Part shown: positions 48,962-59,624 of the stretch, piece by piece | How positions within the stretch are numbered: the stretch's first letter is position 1 | How the letters are laid out: each line of letters begins with the position of its first letter | Assembly: GCA_905178155.1 (NCBI GenBank) | Contig: CAJINV010000003.1 | Location: 7,735,882 to 7,799,881 of the forward strand | DNA length: 64,000 bases | Source of the DNA: Amoebophrya sp. A120 | Taxonomy: Eukaryota > Protista > Dinoflagellata | Direction: 5' to 3' | The notes under the pieces: generated by a model | Told to the model about the DNA's origin: nothing | Database searches by the model: none | What the model saw: the letters and a program-made list of their open reading frames with translations, nothing else | Position numbers and translations under genes: made by a program

Positions 48962-50297
48962 CTAAATTGTCAGCAGGGGCCGACGGCGCAGGAGGTCCTC
49001 CTCTTGCCGCCAGTTGTGCATCACCTGGCGGTGGATCAGCAGGGGGAGTCTCCCGCCGTTGAATCGTAACTCCTTCTGGTTCACCAACCGGTCCTGCGTG
49101 GGGCGGCGGAAAATGGGGTGGGGGTTGTCTGGAATCTCCAAAATCCACACTCTGTTTTGGTCGTCAAAAATCCAGGTCGGCGGCAACTCGTAAACGAGAA
49201 CGTCTCCCGAATCTCGGCGGAGCTGCAGGCGAACGTGGTCCATGGAATGCGGGGGCCCGTACATTTTGCCCAGCTTGTGGCTGCTGTCCCCCAGGGGCCA
49301 GTCCCGCAGCTGTTTCTGCCACCTTTCCAACTCCTCGGCCTGCTGCTTCCGGCGACTCCGCTCGTAGCGCTGCCGGCGGTCGTGGCCCTCCACGCCGAGG
49401 CGGGCTCGCTCTCGCAGCGCGCGCTCCTTCGGGTCCACCGAGCTGCCGGGGGGCCCGCGCAACACCCTCGCCACCTCCTCCCGCAGCAGCGGATCCGCGA
49501 CACCGGCTGCGGCTGCCTCTGCGCCGGCCGCCCGTTCCTTGTCCGCCGCTTCTTCCCGCAGGCGCTTGCGGTCCTCGGCAAAGGCCCCGTACCCAATGGG
49601 GTCGTCGAACCGGGGGTCAGCGGCCCCCTTCGCGACCAGCCTCTTCCGCGGGTCGTATGGGTAGCGACCCCCGGGGGTCTTGCGTTGGTTGATATGCATT
49701 GCAAATATCGATCTGGGTCTGGGAAAGGACGAACTGGTACTGCGTGTTGCGGGCCCCACAAATTTCTGTCTTGCAAAAGATGCCAAACTTTCTGGCCATG
49801 CTGAGAGCGGGTTTCTCATGCACCAGAGTAGGCATTTTTACCAAGGGGCTCCAGAAGTTGTTGTCATGCTTAGCCCTGCGTAGAAGTTGCAGACTTTGAC
49901 TTTTCGGCACTTGGAAAACAAACTGAAATTTCGCAAGCTTCCAGATCCAGACCCAGACATATTTGCAATATGCATAGTTGAAGTCCGGGAACAAGAAGGG
50001 GCCTGTCCTCGTAAATTCCCGGTCTGCGCTGATGTCCACCCACTTTCCCTTGTCATCGTCGTACTGCCACTCCGGAGCGCCCAGCGGCTTCTTCAGCGGA
50101 ACGCGTTTGCTCGGTTTCCCGAAGTCGTACGGTGCCGTGGAAACCTCGGTCGCGCCCCTCCGCCCCTTGCCACCGCGAAAAAGTGCATTCGACCACGCCG
50201 GCGGCGGTCGCTTTTTTCTTGGTGGAACGTAGTCTGGCTGCGAGTGTGGCTTTTTCACCACAAAGTTGCTGGTCGGGTACCCCGCCTGAACAAACAT
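48962..50297 (-). CDS. Hypothetical basic Pro/Arg-rich protein, 2 exons
   Basis: ORFs 49617-50297 and 48962-49819 join in frame (FPDFN|QRKTPGG) when the element is removed. Confidence 0.7.
49693..49976 (-). mobile_element. TIR introner-like element (CCAGACCCAGAC family), 284 bp, TSD GTTGA (+ strand)
   Basis: Ends TATGCATTGCAAATATCGATCTGGGTCTGG and CCAGACCCAGACATATTTGCAATATGCATA. GTTGA at 49688-49692 and 49977-49981. Confidence 0.92.
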
Positions 50298-51169
50298 TAT
50301 TGATGCTGTAGGTAATTATTATTTTCGCTGTTTGAGAATCCAAGGATCCTTCTAGTACTAGATTATAGAATAGGAGTACTACTTGCGACGAAATTTTCCC
50401 GTCTATCAATTGGTGCGGAAAACATTAACGACTTGCGTTTTGTCTTCCTATTCGAAGGTGGAGGGGGTACACGACTAATTGGAGTTCGTCACATTGTTTG
50501 AGGACCTGGATACGCATCGAACTTTGTGGTCCCGAGCTCTGAACACCGGTGCTGTAAAGTAGAAATCACGATTGGTTTCTTGCCTTGGTTCAAGACTTGA
50601 TTATTGTGAGGTGCATCACTAGGATAATCAGGGGCCTGATGTTCGTGTTTTAGTGTAGTCATTCTGTGAAGAATGTCGCCACTTTTGATATCCTTGCATC
50701 GCTCTCATCATGTTCATGAATTGCTAATTATTTCTTACCGAGTAGTGTCGTTCTTTGACCGATAGGTCCACAAACTTTAAGTTTTACTTCTGAAAAGGTT
50801 TCTTCTTTTTGCGTGATTGCTGCTGACTCGACAGAAAAACGTTAACTACCGACAACACTTTTACCTACGAATGACCGAGTACTTCGCGGAAGGGTTGAAA
50901 AGAGTTCCAAGACTGGTACGATTATAAATGGACCGACACTAGCTTGCACATGCGAACCGACGACAATAAAACTTACGACCACATCATTTAAGTCAGAAGC
51001 GGACAAAGAGCACTGCCAGTTGCTGGTGTTTGCAACACGAGGAGATGATCAGATTCTTTTGCTGTAGAAGCAGCTCATTTTTTGAGTTTAAACGACGAAT
51101 AAATACTTACAAAGGTATAGTACCAAGATCACTCGCGCTGCGTCGTCGTCGGGTCGTCCGCATCCACCT

Positions 51170-52975
51170 TTACGTGGCGGATAGGTCATACAGCGTCATC
51201 TTTTGATCGAGTACCACCAATCGGTCTTCCTCGTAACTGTGGTCACTGCACAGGTACCCACCAAGAAACGCCGTGGTCAGAACCAGCAGCTGCCACAACC
51301 AGAAGCGCGTTGCCCTTGCCCAGCCGCGTCCGCAACAGCATAGAAGCCAGAGGCAGCACCGCGCCGCGATAAAACGACGCGCTGCCGGAGGGGCGGGGGT
51401 CGTGTTAGCAGCGGGCGCCTGATGTTGAACTACCTCTGCACCGCCGAAGACCGCGAACTCACTGCGCTTCGACCGCGTGTCCGTATGATCGTCCATTGGC
51501 ACCTCCACCGTGCCGCTTCGCGCGTCGTTCCCACCGGCTGAACTGCGGGGAAGTGGCCCTCCGCCCGAAGAGGACGTCTGGTCAACAGGAGCTGTAGATG
51601 CTTCGGGTGGTGCAGCGGCCGTGTCAGGTGGGGAGAGCAGAGCACCAGCGTGAGGTTGCTGCACCTGATTCTTCCTTGAAGATGAGCGCAACGTCGCTGA
51701 CGTCAACCATGCCGCGGTGGTCGTCTGGAGCCGGATCGTACGTGCGTTAGTAGCTTCTCCACCGCGGTTTACTAATGACGAGCGGTCCTGTAGAGATTCC
51801 ACCAGCGCAGAGCTCTGCAGCTCCACCTGTTGGACGGCTTGTAACGCGACTGCCTGCAGAATGAGACACACCAAGTTTTTCAGCGTCAGTGTCTCGATCG
51901 AGCGCGTCTCTTCGGGCGATAGGTAGTAGTGCAAACCGCGCAAGATGAGGAATGGCAGATCGACAAAAAGGATGGAAACCAGAGCACTGCGCTTCCGAGC
52001 CTTCATCATGTTCACGCCGTGCACCTGACTTAATGGCCCCGGCGCGAACAGGCCCCGCTTCGCTTTCCCCACGGTTTTAGTGGCGTTCGCGGCCGCAGAA
52101 GCAACCAGGCCGCCCGGTCGAGCCAAAGAACCCGGCGCCGCACCACCGCTCCGCGCCGTCCTGGTGGCAGCGCGGTAGAGCTCCTCCGACGGGTCTTGTC
52201 GCCACGGAGTGCCAGGAAAAGACTGCTGATGAAAAAACAGGGCGCAACATATGAAGATACCGGCTGCGGTACTCATGGCCTGTGCCTGACCCGTCGGTAT
52301 ACCGTAAAACGTGTCCAGTTCCATGCCTACCGCTTCGTCCTCCGCGAGCGGGGCTTGGCCATAGGGTCGCTGCACCTGGATAGCACTATTCCCCCGTTGG
52401 CCCGGCGCGAAGTCGAACATGTGAATCACGTCCACGAAATCCACGGTGCAGTGCCAGGCCATATCGGTGTGCATCATGGTGTCGATAGTGATCTTCCGAC
52501 CCACGTGCAGTTCGGTAAAGGAGCGAAACATGAGGAGCGCGTAGATGATGGCAAAGTTCGCGACGGAATAAGTCATCACCTGCGGTCCAAACACGCCTTG
52601 TTTGCTGCGCAAGGACGGCATGATTACGAAGTAGAACAAAGTGTATTTCGGAGCATTGATCCAGCAGTAGCAGATCCACTGAAACGATCCGTTTCGGGAA
52701 ACGGTTCCGCGGGAAAATAGAATGTGCAGAAAGAGCAGAGTGTCGAAGACAACGAACGTCCATGAGATTACGGCCCGCTCGTCGGCCTTCGGCATACTGA
52801 CGGCATGCTCAACCTCCGTTGTTTCCGCGGCCCACGCGTACAGAAACCTCCAAGTTACGCCAGTCACAAAGGCGTAGAAGAACAGGTAGGTGAAGTGCGA
52901 GAGGGCGCCAGAACTCTTGCGCTTGGGAATCACGCCTAGCTGGCCGGTAGACTCCCGCTCGGTTGCCTTCGACAT
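51170..52975 (-). CDS. Polytopic membrane protein, TMEM121/TMEM26-like
   Basis: 601-aa ORF with multiple TM segments and the motifs VDFVDVIHMF and ILFVDLPFLILRG...LKNLV. Confidence 0.65.
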   Translation of the reverse strand: MSKATERESTGQLGVIPKRKSSGALSHFTYLFFYAFVTGVTWRFLYAWAAETTEVEHAVSMPKADERAVISWTFVVFDTLLFLHILFSRGTVSRNGSFQWICYCWINAPKYTLFYFVIMPSLRSKQGVFGPQVMTYSVANFAIIYALLMFRSFTELHVGRKITIDTMMHTDMAWHCTVDFVDVIHMFDFAPGQRGNSAIQVQRPYGQAPLAEDEAVGMELDTFYGIPTGQAQAMSTAAGIFICCALFFHQQSFPGTPWRQDPSEELYRAATRTARSGGAAPGSLARPGGLVASAAANATKTVGKAKRGLFAPGPLSQVHGVNMMKARKRSALVSILFVDLPFLILRGLHYYLSPEETRSIETLTLKNLVCLILQAVALQAVQQVELQSSALVESLQDRSSLVNRGGEATNARTIRLQTTTAAWLTSATLRSSSRKNQVQQPHAGALLSPPDTAAAPPEASTAPVDQTSSSGGGPLPRSSAGGNDARSGTVEVPMDDHTDTRSKRSEFAVFGGAEVVQHQAPAANTTPAPPAARRFIAARCCLWLLCCCGRGWARATRFWLWQLLVLTTAFLGGYLCSDHSYEEDRLVVLDQKMTLYDLSAT

Positions 52976-53817
52976 TTTTTTATCTCATCTTCGTCGGCAG
53001 AACGTTCAAATGAGCTCAGCTTTTATTTACGTTAGGTTTGTCGTGTGACAAAGACAAATGAAGAGTCGCGTAATGCTAGAACGAAAAATTCAACAAACTA
53101 GCCCATCCTGTAATTCAATGGAGCGAAGCACTGACAAGGCTCTCATTCTTGTCAAACTTTCTTCTCTGATGCACTTATCAAGCCGTCCCTCAGCTTCTAA
53201 TAATCCTGCTAGGAAAAGAACAGCAGATCGACACACAACAAGCGGTATTCTTCCATCCGCGCGAGACAAAGCAGCTGCCTTAATCGACCGTGACGCCAGC
53301 ACGCACCACGTCATCACACGACTCGGAGGCGGCTTCGATTCTTGTTTTGCTTTTGGGTGCTGCTCGTCGAAATTTCACGCACAATACAGTCTCTTGATCC
53401 ATGTCACAGCTCGCAGGTCACCTCCATACGGAAGAACCATCTGAGACCAGATCTGATTGATTCAAGTACACTTGTTGTTGTTCGCATTTCTCGCTGCCGT
53501 CTTTTATCTAGTGTGCCAGTACAGCAAAAAAGCAGTAGCGCTCGAGCTCCCATCGCATGAGTCGCGCAGCTGGTGTACATTAGGTGAGACACGACAACTT
53601 CGTAGCTCGAAGGACATTGGTATAATCTTCCGATGGTAGAAAGCAGAGTGAGAATTATCAACTACAGAAAGGACTTCTGTTGACGGCCGTCCCCTACGCA
53701 AACAGTACTTCGTATCAGTTGCTTGCTCACAGGAGCATGTAGTTCGCCACTCAAAGTAGAGTCATTAATTGTGAGGTGCTTCTCTCTCGGGCATCCGACG
53801 AATCCGAGGAACACGAT

Positions 53818-56168
53818 CTAGATTTCGTCGTCGTCCTTGTCATCGTCCGCATCGATGTCGCCGTCATCGTCTTCAGCCGGTGCTGGTGTGGTGGTCGTGG
53901 TCTCGGACTCCTTCTTCTTCTCGAGCTCCACCTTGTTCAACGCTTCCCACTTTTCCGCGAACTTGTCAGCCTCAGCCTCGTCGTCCGTGATGATCAAGTT
54001 GTCGAAGAAGGAGCCAGCTGTGTGAATGAATCAATGCGGTTTGTTGATCATCTTCATGTTGCTGGAAAACAATCCGCACGACTAAGCGGGAAATGCAGCG
54101 ATGCTGCTCAACACAAAAAGTCACGCTATTGTGCTTTGTCCTAGCACTGAAGTTGTGATACAAGAACCAACAATTATGCAGAGAAGAATTGATAGTACCT
54201 TTCACTTGCCAGAGGTCAAAGCCAACGAACGCAAACTCGTCGTAGGCGTACAGGGAATCGTTGGCCTCATACTCTGGGTTCGCAATCTTCTTGGGGGCCC
54301 ATACGCCCTTGTATTCCGGGTTCTTGATGCGCTTTGGCTTCCACTCGCCCTTGTAGTCCGGGTTGGCCTTCTTCGGTGCCTCCCACTCGCCATCCTCCTC
54401 AGCATCCCAGTCCTGTGTGTGAAGTTTTTTCATCGAAGACTACGCTGCACTTCGACCTACGCGTGCCCCTACGCACGGTCAAGTTGTACGCTCGGTATGT
54501 ATCGCCGGACCCCGAAATAACTGTAACAGCAGCAACCCGTGAGATAATCAGTTGCACAAGCATGTAAATAGATGAATGAAAAATCACCTCTGGCTTTTTT
54601 GCATCCGGGTCCTCGATCTCGGCTTCTTCGACCCAGTCCTCCGGCTTCTTGTCTTCCGGGTCATCCATGAACTCCTCGTCAACCTGAAGGTTTCAAATTC
54701 AATGAATGGAATCAGCCCTAATAGAAGAGTTAAGTAGTTGCGGCGTTGTCGACGAATGAGGTGCCATAGACCTACAACTCTATCAATCTTCAGACCTTCA
54801 ACCCAGAGCACAGCAACGCAATCAGATTAGGTTTGCGAATCATAACAAGTACCCAGTCGGCGGGCTTTTTGTCCTCCGGGTCATTGATTTCCTTGGCGGG
54901 AAGCAAGTCCCAGTCTTTCTCGAGCTCGCCGCTGTAGATTTCCTGCTTGTCGACGAGGACTTTTACCGTGTTATCCGGCTTAACAACCAGTCGGTACAGG
55001 TTCGTAACTCCGTCCTTATCCTGCTTGTACGGAAGGTCGCTAGTCTTCAAAACGTTCTTACCTGAGGAGGAAGCGAATTATCTATTGATGTTTTTCACAT
55101 TTCACATGTCGGAGAGAACAAGCGAAGGACAGTCCTTCGCTTGTTCTCTCCCTAGTTTACTGGATTGTATTTCAAACAACCCGGTAGTGAATTGTTGAGT
55201 CAGAGTAGTGTCGACAGCGCTCCACTGGAAAAATGGAGCCTCCGTCCGACGTCGAACTTTGTTGTCTTGTAAGATACCTAACTGAAAAGAGTGTCAATAT
55301 CAGAGACCAGCGGTAGTGTCTCGACAGTGCCCCCTCACAGGGAGGGCCTCCGTCCGACTTCGATCTTCTGGTAGGATTCTCGTCATGATCATGAGAGGCA
55401 AGCCTTCCTGCCACCTGCTTCACAACTCGTGCTTGTCAGAAGCAAATTATACGAGTTTGTCTTCCTAGCTGGCCCGAGGGACGCAGCTCTGTTCGACCTC
55501 TATCTCGTCGCGTTCATCCTTACAACTGGAGTTGTATTTCCCTGCATGTCAATAAATGACACATGTTAATACCACGACAGTTACTTACTTACTTCCTTAC
55601 CCTTGTAGCTGAAGATCAGGTGTGTTCGCTTGTTGTAGCCGCACTTGTCGGGCCCGAACATGATGTTGTATACGGTTGGGTCGCCAAACTTCGTCGCGTC
55701 CTCCATCTTTGGTCCTGTATAATTCGTTTCATAGTTTTGTGTCGTGTCAAGTCTAGTGCATCGCGCTACCTGGCTGATGTCAAAATCGTGTACACATACA
55801 CCAAAGCAGAGACACTTCTGACAGGACAAAAAAAATTGTGTATACATAGTACCTAGCTTGATGTAACCGCCGCCACACTCGATGTCCTTGTCGTACTTGG
55901 CCTGGTACTGCACGATGAGCGTCTTGCCCTTGTTTGAGAAGGGTTCGAAGCTGGCGCTGGCGCCGTAGAAGCGGGCGTCCTGCGTGGTCGCGAGCGCCTT
56001 GTCCTCCTCCTCATCGGCGGACCACTTGCCGGCTTTGATCTCGAAGGTTCCCATCTCCGAGTCCGATTTCCACGTGGACGCGGTCCACTTCGACATGTCG
56101 CTGAAGGTGTCGCTGAAGAACACCTCGGCGGCGGCGCCGCCGACGAGTACGGAACTCAAACGATTCAT
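53818..56168 (-). CDS. CALR: Calreticulin, multi-exon
   Basis: TTQDARFYG, PFSNKGKTLIVQY..IECGGGYIKL, YNIMFGPDKCG, P-domain repeats DPEDKKPEDW and GEWEAP/GEWKPKRIKNPEYKG, VGFDLWQVK, acidic tail ending DDDEI*. Confidence 0.95.
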
Positions 56169-57019
56169 CTTCCGAAAACGATCGATGTGTGAGTTGTAGC
56201 CCGGAGTGCAAAGACCACGGTCCACAAAACTTTCCGATAAGGTAGAGACTTGTGCTAGGTTGTATATATTTTTTGCGAAAATAGAATTTCGGTGTTTTTT
56301 ATGATGGAAGAAAAAAAAGGGAACATCAATCACGATCAGCAAACGCACGCATGCCATGGAACATCAATGACAAAAGCCATAGATCATCGACGGCGACAGA
56401 ACAGATCCGTTGCAAAATGGGATCACACCCGGATACGCACTGTCCGGGATCGAACGTGCTGCGCCGGAAAAAAAAAACGCGTCAGAAACAGTTGTCATCG
56501 ATCGAAACTGGATCTGCTTTCATCAAACTGATCCTGAATTGTGAAAACTGTGATGAAGGTTCAAAGATGCGCAAAGAATGAGGGGAACTGAAAACTGCGG
56601 GCACCGAAGTTGTGTAAGCCAAGACCGCGAAGCGCAGCGACTTCTATTGTCCGGTAAACGCAAAATAGTACACGCCGCCCGTGCGTCCCTTTGGACATTG
56701 ATCGGAATCGTTGGAGGAAAATTATAGGACGTGAGAGAAGGCAGTCAGGACCTGTTTCACGTTATGGATCTGTCGAGATAGGCTTCCTTCCTGCGAGTGG
56801 GTTGAACACACTGCCTACCAAGTTGTCACTGCACGACGGGGCTGCAGCCTCTACAACCACTCCTCTGCGGGACGTGAAATTCGATTCTTACAAGCAAGCC
56901 TTTCATTTGAAACATGCATTCTTGTTCTTCATCGAGTTGGTGTTACTTAGAATCATTCCGGGAGACTACTGCAATTCCAAGATCATACACGAGAGACGTG
57001 AAAGACATAATTGCCCGTT

Positions 57020-59424
57020 TCAAGTCGGATGGACTTCAAGCCTTGTGCGACTCCCGCCGCGAAACAGGCTCATCACGCTCTGCTGGATGCGTCCGAAGAC
57101 AGTAGATGCACGACGTGGCTCGACCGCCCCGCTTCGGGACAGCGAGGATCTTCGACCTGATGCACCCAGTGACGATGCGTCGCGGAAGCTCTTACCATCT
57201 GTTCCGGGCGATTCCGCGAGGATCTGGACCTTCTTCTTGCGTCGTTTCCGCCGCGCTGCTTCCGTTGGCTCACCGTTGCTATCCAGCAATGAAACCGCCA
57301 CGGGTGGGTGATCCACGAGCTGTAGCCCTGCCACTGGCGGCGGCGGCCAGGCTTCGGAAGGTGCGCTGCTTGTTTCCTTTGAGCTAGAGCTGCTGTTCGT
57401 TGATGCGGACACCGCGGAGCCCGAGCTGGGCTGATCTCGGATCGGCGCGATGGCGTCAGCACTACCATCTCGATCTCCTGGTGGTCCAGATCTTGAAGAC
57501 GACGGCTGCTGCGCACCATGACAGAATTGCCCGGAGCTGCTTCCTGTAGTACCTGATTTGTCGGCCTTCACTTTCCGCTCACGCGACTTCTCTTTTTTTC
57601 GCGCGGAGTGCTTGCTTGAGATATCGCTGATGTTTCCCCGGAAATACCCGCTGTAGGGACTGCTCGCGGCGTGGTCCTTATTTCTCTCGGGGTTTTGATG
57701 AAACTCCTGCGCTGCCCCTCCCAATGCCCCCAGCACATCCGTCTTGCTCTTCCGGCCTCCGTGCTTGCTCCACCCGCGTACGGACGAGCTTGACGACGAG
57801 GCCGAGCTGTTGGCGCAGGAACTATTGGCGGACGACGGCGGGACCATTCGCGTGTGTGACCCGTCCAAGTGCGGTATGTCGTCGTCCACGTCGTCCTCGT
57901 GTTCACTGTTCCCCGGGAACTGCACGGCTGGCCCAGAGGTTGACGCAGCAAGACTGGAGGCCGCGGGGGACCCGGTCGGTTGTGGTTCGCCGGGACCGTG
58001 CGTTTCCCGCTTGGACTTTTCCAGCGCCTGGGAGAGGAGCTCGTCGTCCTCCAGGTCTTGCGGTTGGTTCAGCTTACTGAACCGATCCACAAAATTCATG
58101 CGGCGCTCCAGTTGCGCGGACTCCAACATGGCTTTCCGCACGGCCTCGTCAGCATGGTCGCGCACGGATGCCGCGGTCGGGGCGGCTTGAGACGCCTAAA
58201 GGAGAAGACGAGAAAGGAATAGATAGTACGTGAAAAATACAACTTTTTTCGTACGCGCTTCTTTGCATGCGGATTCGGCTGGGACTATTAAGCCCAGCGC
58301 GCAAAATGAGAATCGAAAAGGAAAACTTGGATGCAATCTCGCAGTCTAGCACGGAGCGGCAATGAGAGCCAAACTACTTTCCACTCTGTCTATGTATTGC
58401 GCTTCTTTCCATTTATACAAGTACTTATGTACCTGTAGGCGCTGGCGTGCCTCCTCCTCTTGCTTCGCAGCCAGTTCGCGTCGCTGTGCCTCCTGCCACC
58501 GATACTGCGCACCAGGTTCGTAAAAAGTGGATGGATCCACGGTCGCGGGTGCGTTGTTTGGCCTGCTCCGGCGCTCCTCCTCCGTGAGCATCGAGGTCAA
58601 ATCAACTTCGCGTCTACTGGTCGCGACAGCAGCTTGCACGTCTTCGAGGCCTGTAGGGTGATTTGACAATTAACGGATCTTTCTGTCGTGGAACCGGGGG
58701 AAAGAGACTCATCACCCTTATTCGTCTAACAGCAAAACACTTACACTGTAGTTCTACTGTAGTATAAGCTTAAAACAGTCATCTGCGGTGGCAATCCAAC
58801 CTGTGCGCTGCTCCATCTGGAACTGGTGGTAACTGTCTTCTGCTGCCTTCTGCCAGCTCGCCAATTGCGCCATGGGATCTACTTCCACGCGGGACCGCAG
58901 TTCCGTAAGCCGGTCATCCTTAGCCTCTTTGCGATACGTTGTCCCACTATCGTCGCACGCGCGTAGGAATTCGTCTTCCTCGGCGCCGAAGGTGTCCAGA
59001 TACTCGTCCAAGGAGGTTGCCAGGGCGTTTTCCGTCTCGTCGATGAGATTCCGCTCCAGTACCCTGCGGGTCGTTTTTCCGAAAATTATATCTGCTTTTC
59101 GAGCATCAAAAATAACGACTTACACAAAGAAAGCGCACGATTAATATGCAGTGGAATAGGGCCAAATAAATAACTTGGAACGCAGAAGTTGCACTAGTCG
59201 CAAAATAAAACACTCCAGAAGTGCAGCTGATATCAACCGAAAACAAAAAGATACCGCACGCCAAAACTGTATTCCGGAGTTGTCTTCTTAAGTTTCCAGA
59301 AGGACAACCGCTTGTATTTTTCATCTTGTGTCTCCTTGTGTTGCACGTTCATCATCGCCTCGGCTCCGAAATTCTGCTCCTGCTGTTGAAACCGCTGGAA
59401 AACAGCCAATTGCGAGTCCGTCAT
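57020..59424 (-). CDS. Multi-exon protein with ubiquitin-interacting-motif-like helices and a Ser-rich tail
   Basis: EDVQAAVATSRRE, DEAVRKAMLESAQ and DDELLSQALEKSKRE fit the UIM pattern. Exon linkage is inferred. Confidence 0.5.
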
Positions 59425-59624
59425 TTGCTTATCCTGTTGTTTAGTATGATGTCTCGATGAGAAAATGAAACAGCAGTCGGGAAGTAAGTACTTACTACAC
59501 ACGACTGCCTTGAAGTTAGTTGTCATGCTTGCCCATCATCTTCGGCGAATCTATTTTGCATGATTGCCGATGCCGATCGTAAGAAGAGAAAAGCAAAAGC
59601 GGCTCGGGCGATGAAAGATAAGCA

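Noticed and set aside
59077-59276. CGGAA direct repeat as another element TSD
   Set aside because: No TAT/ATA inverted ends, and precise removal does not give the expected downstream frame.
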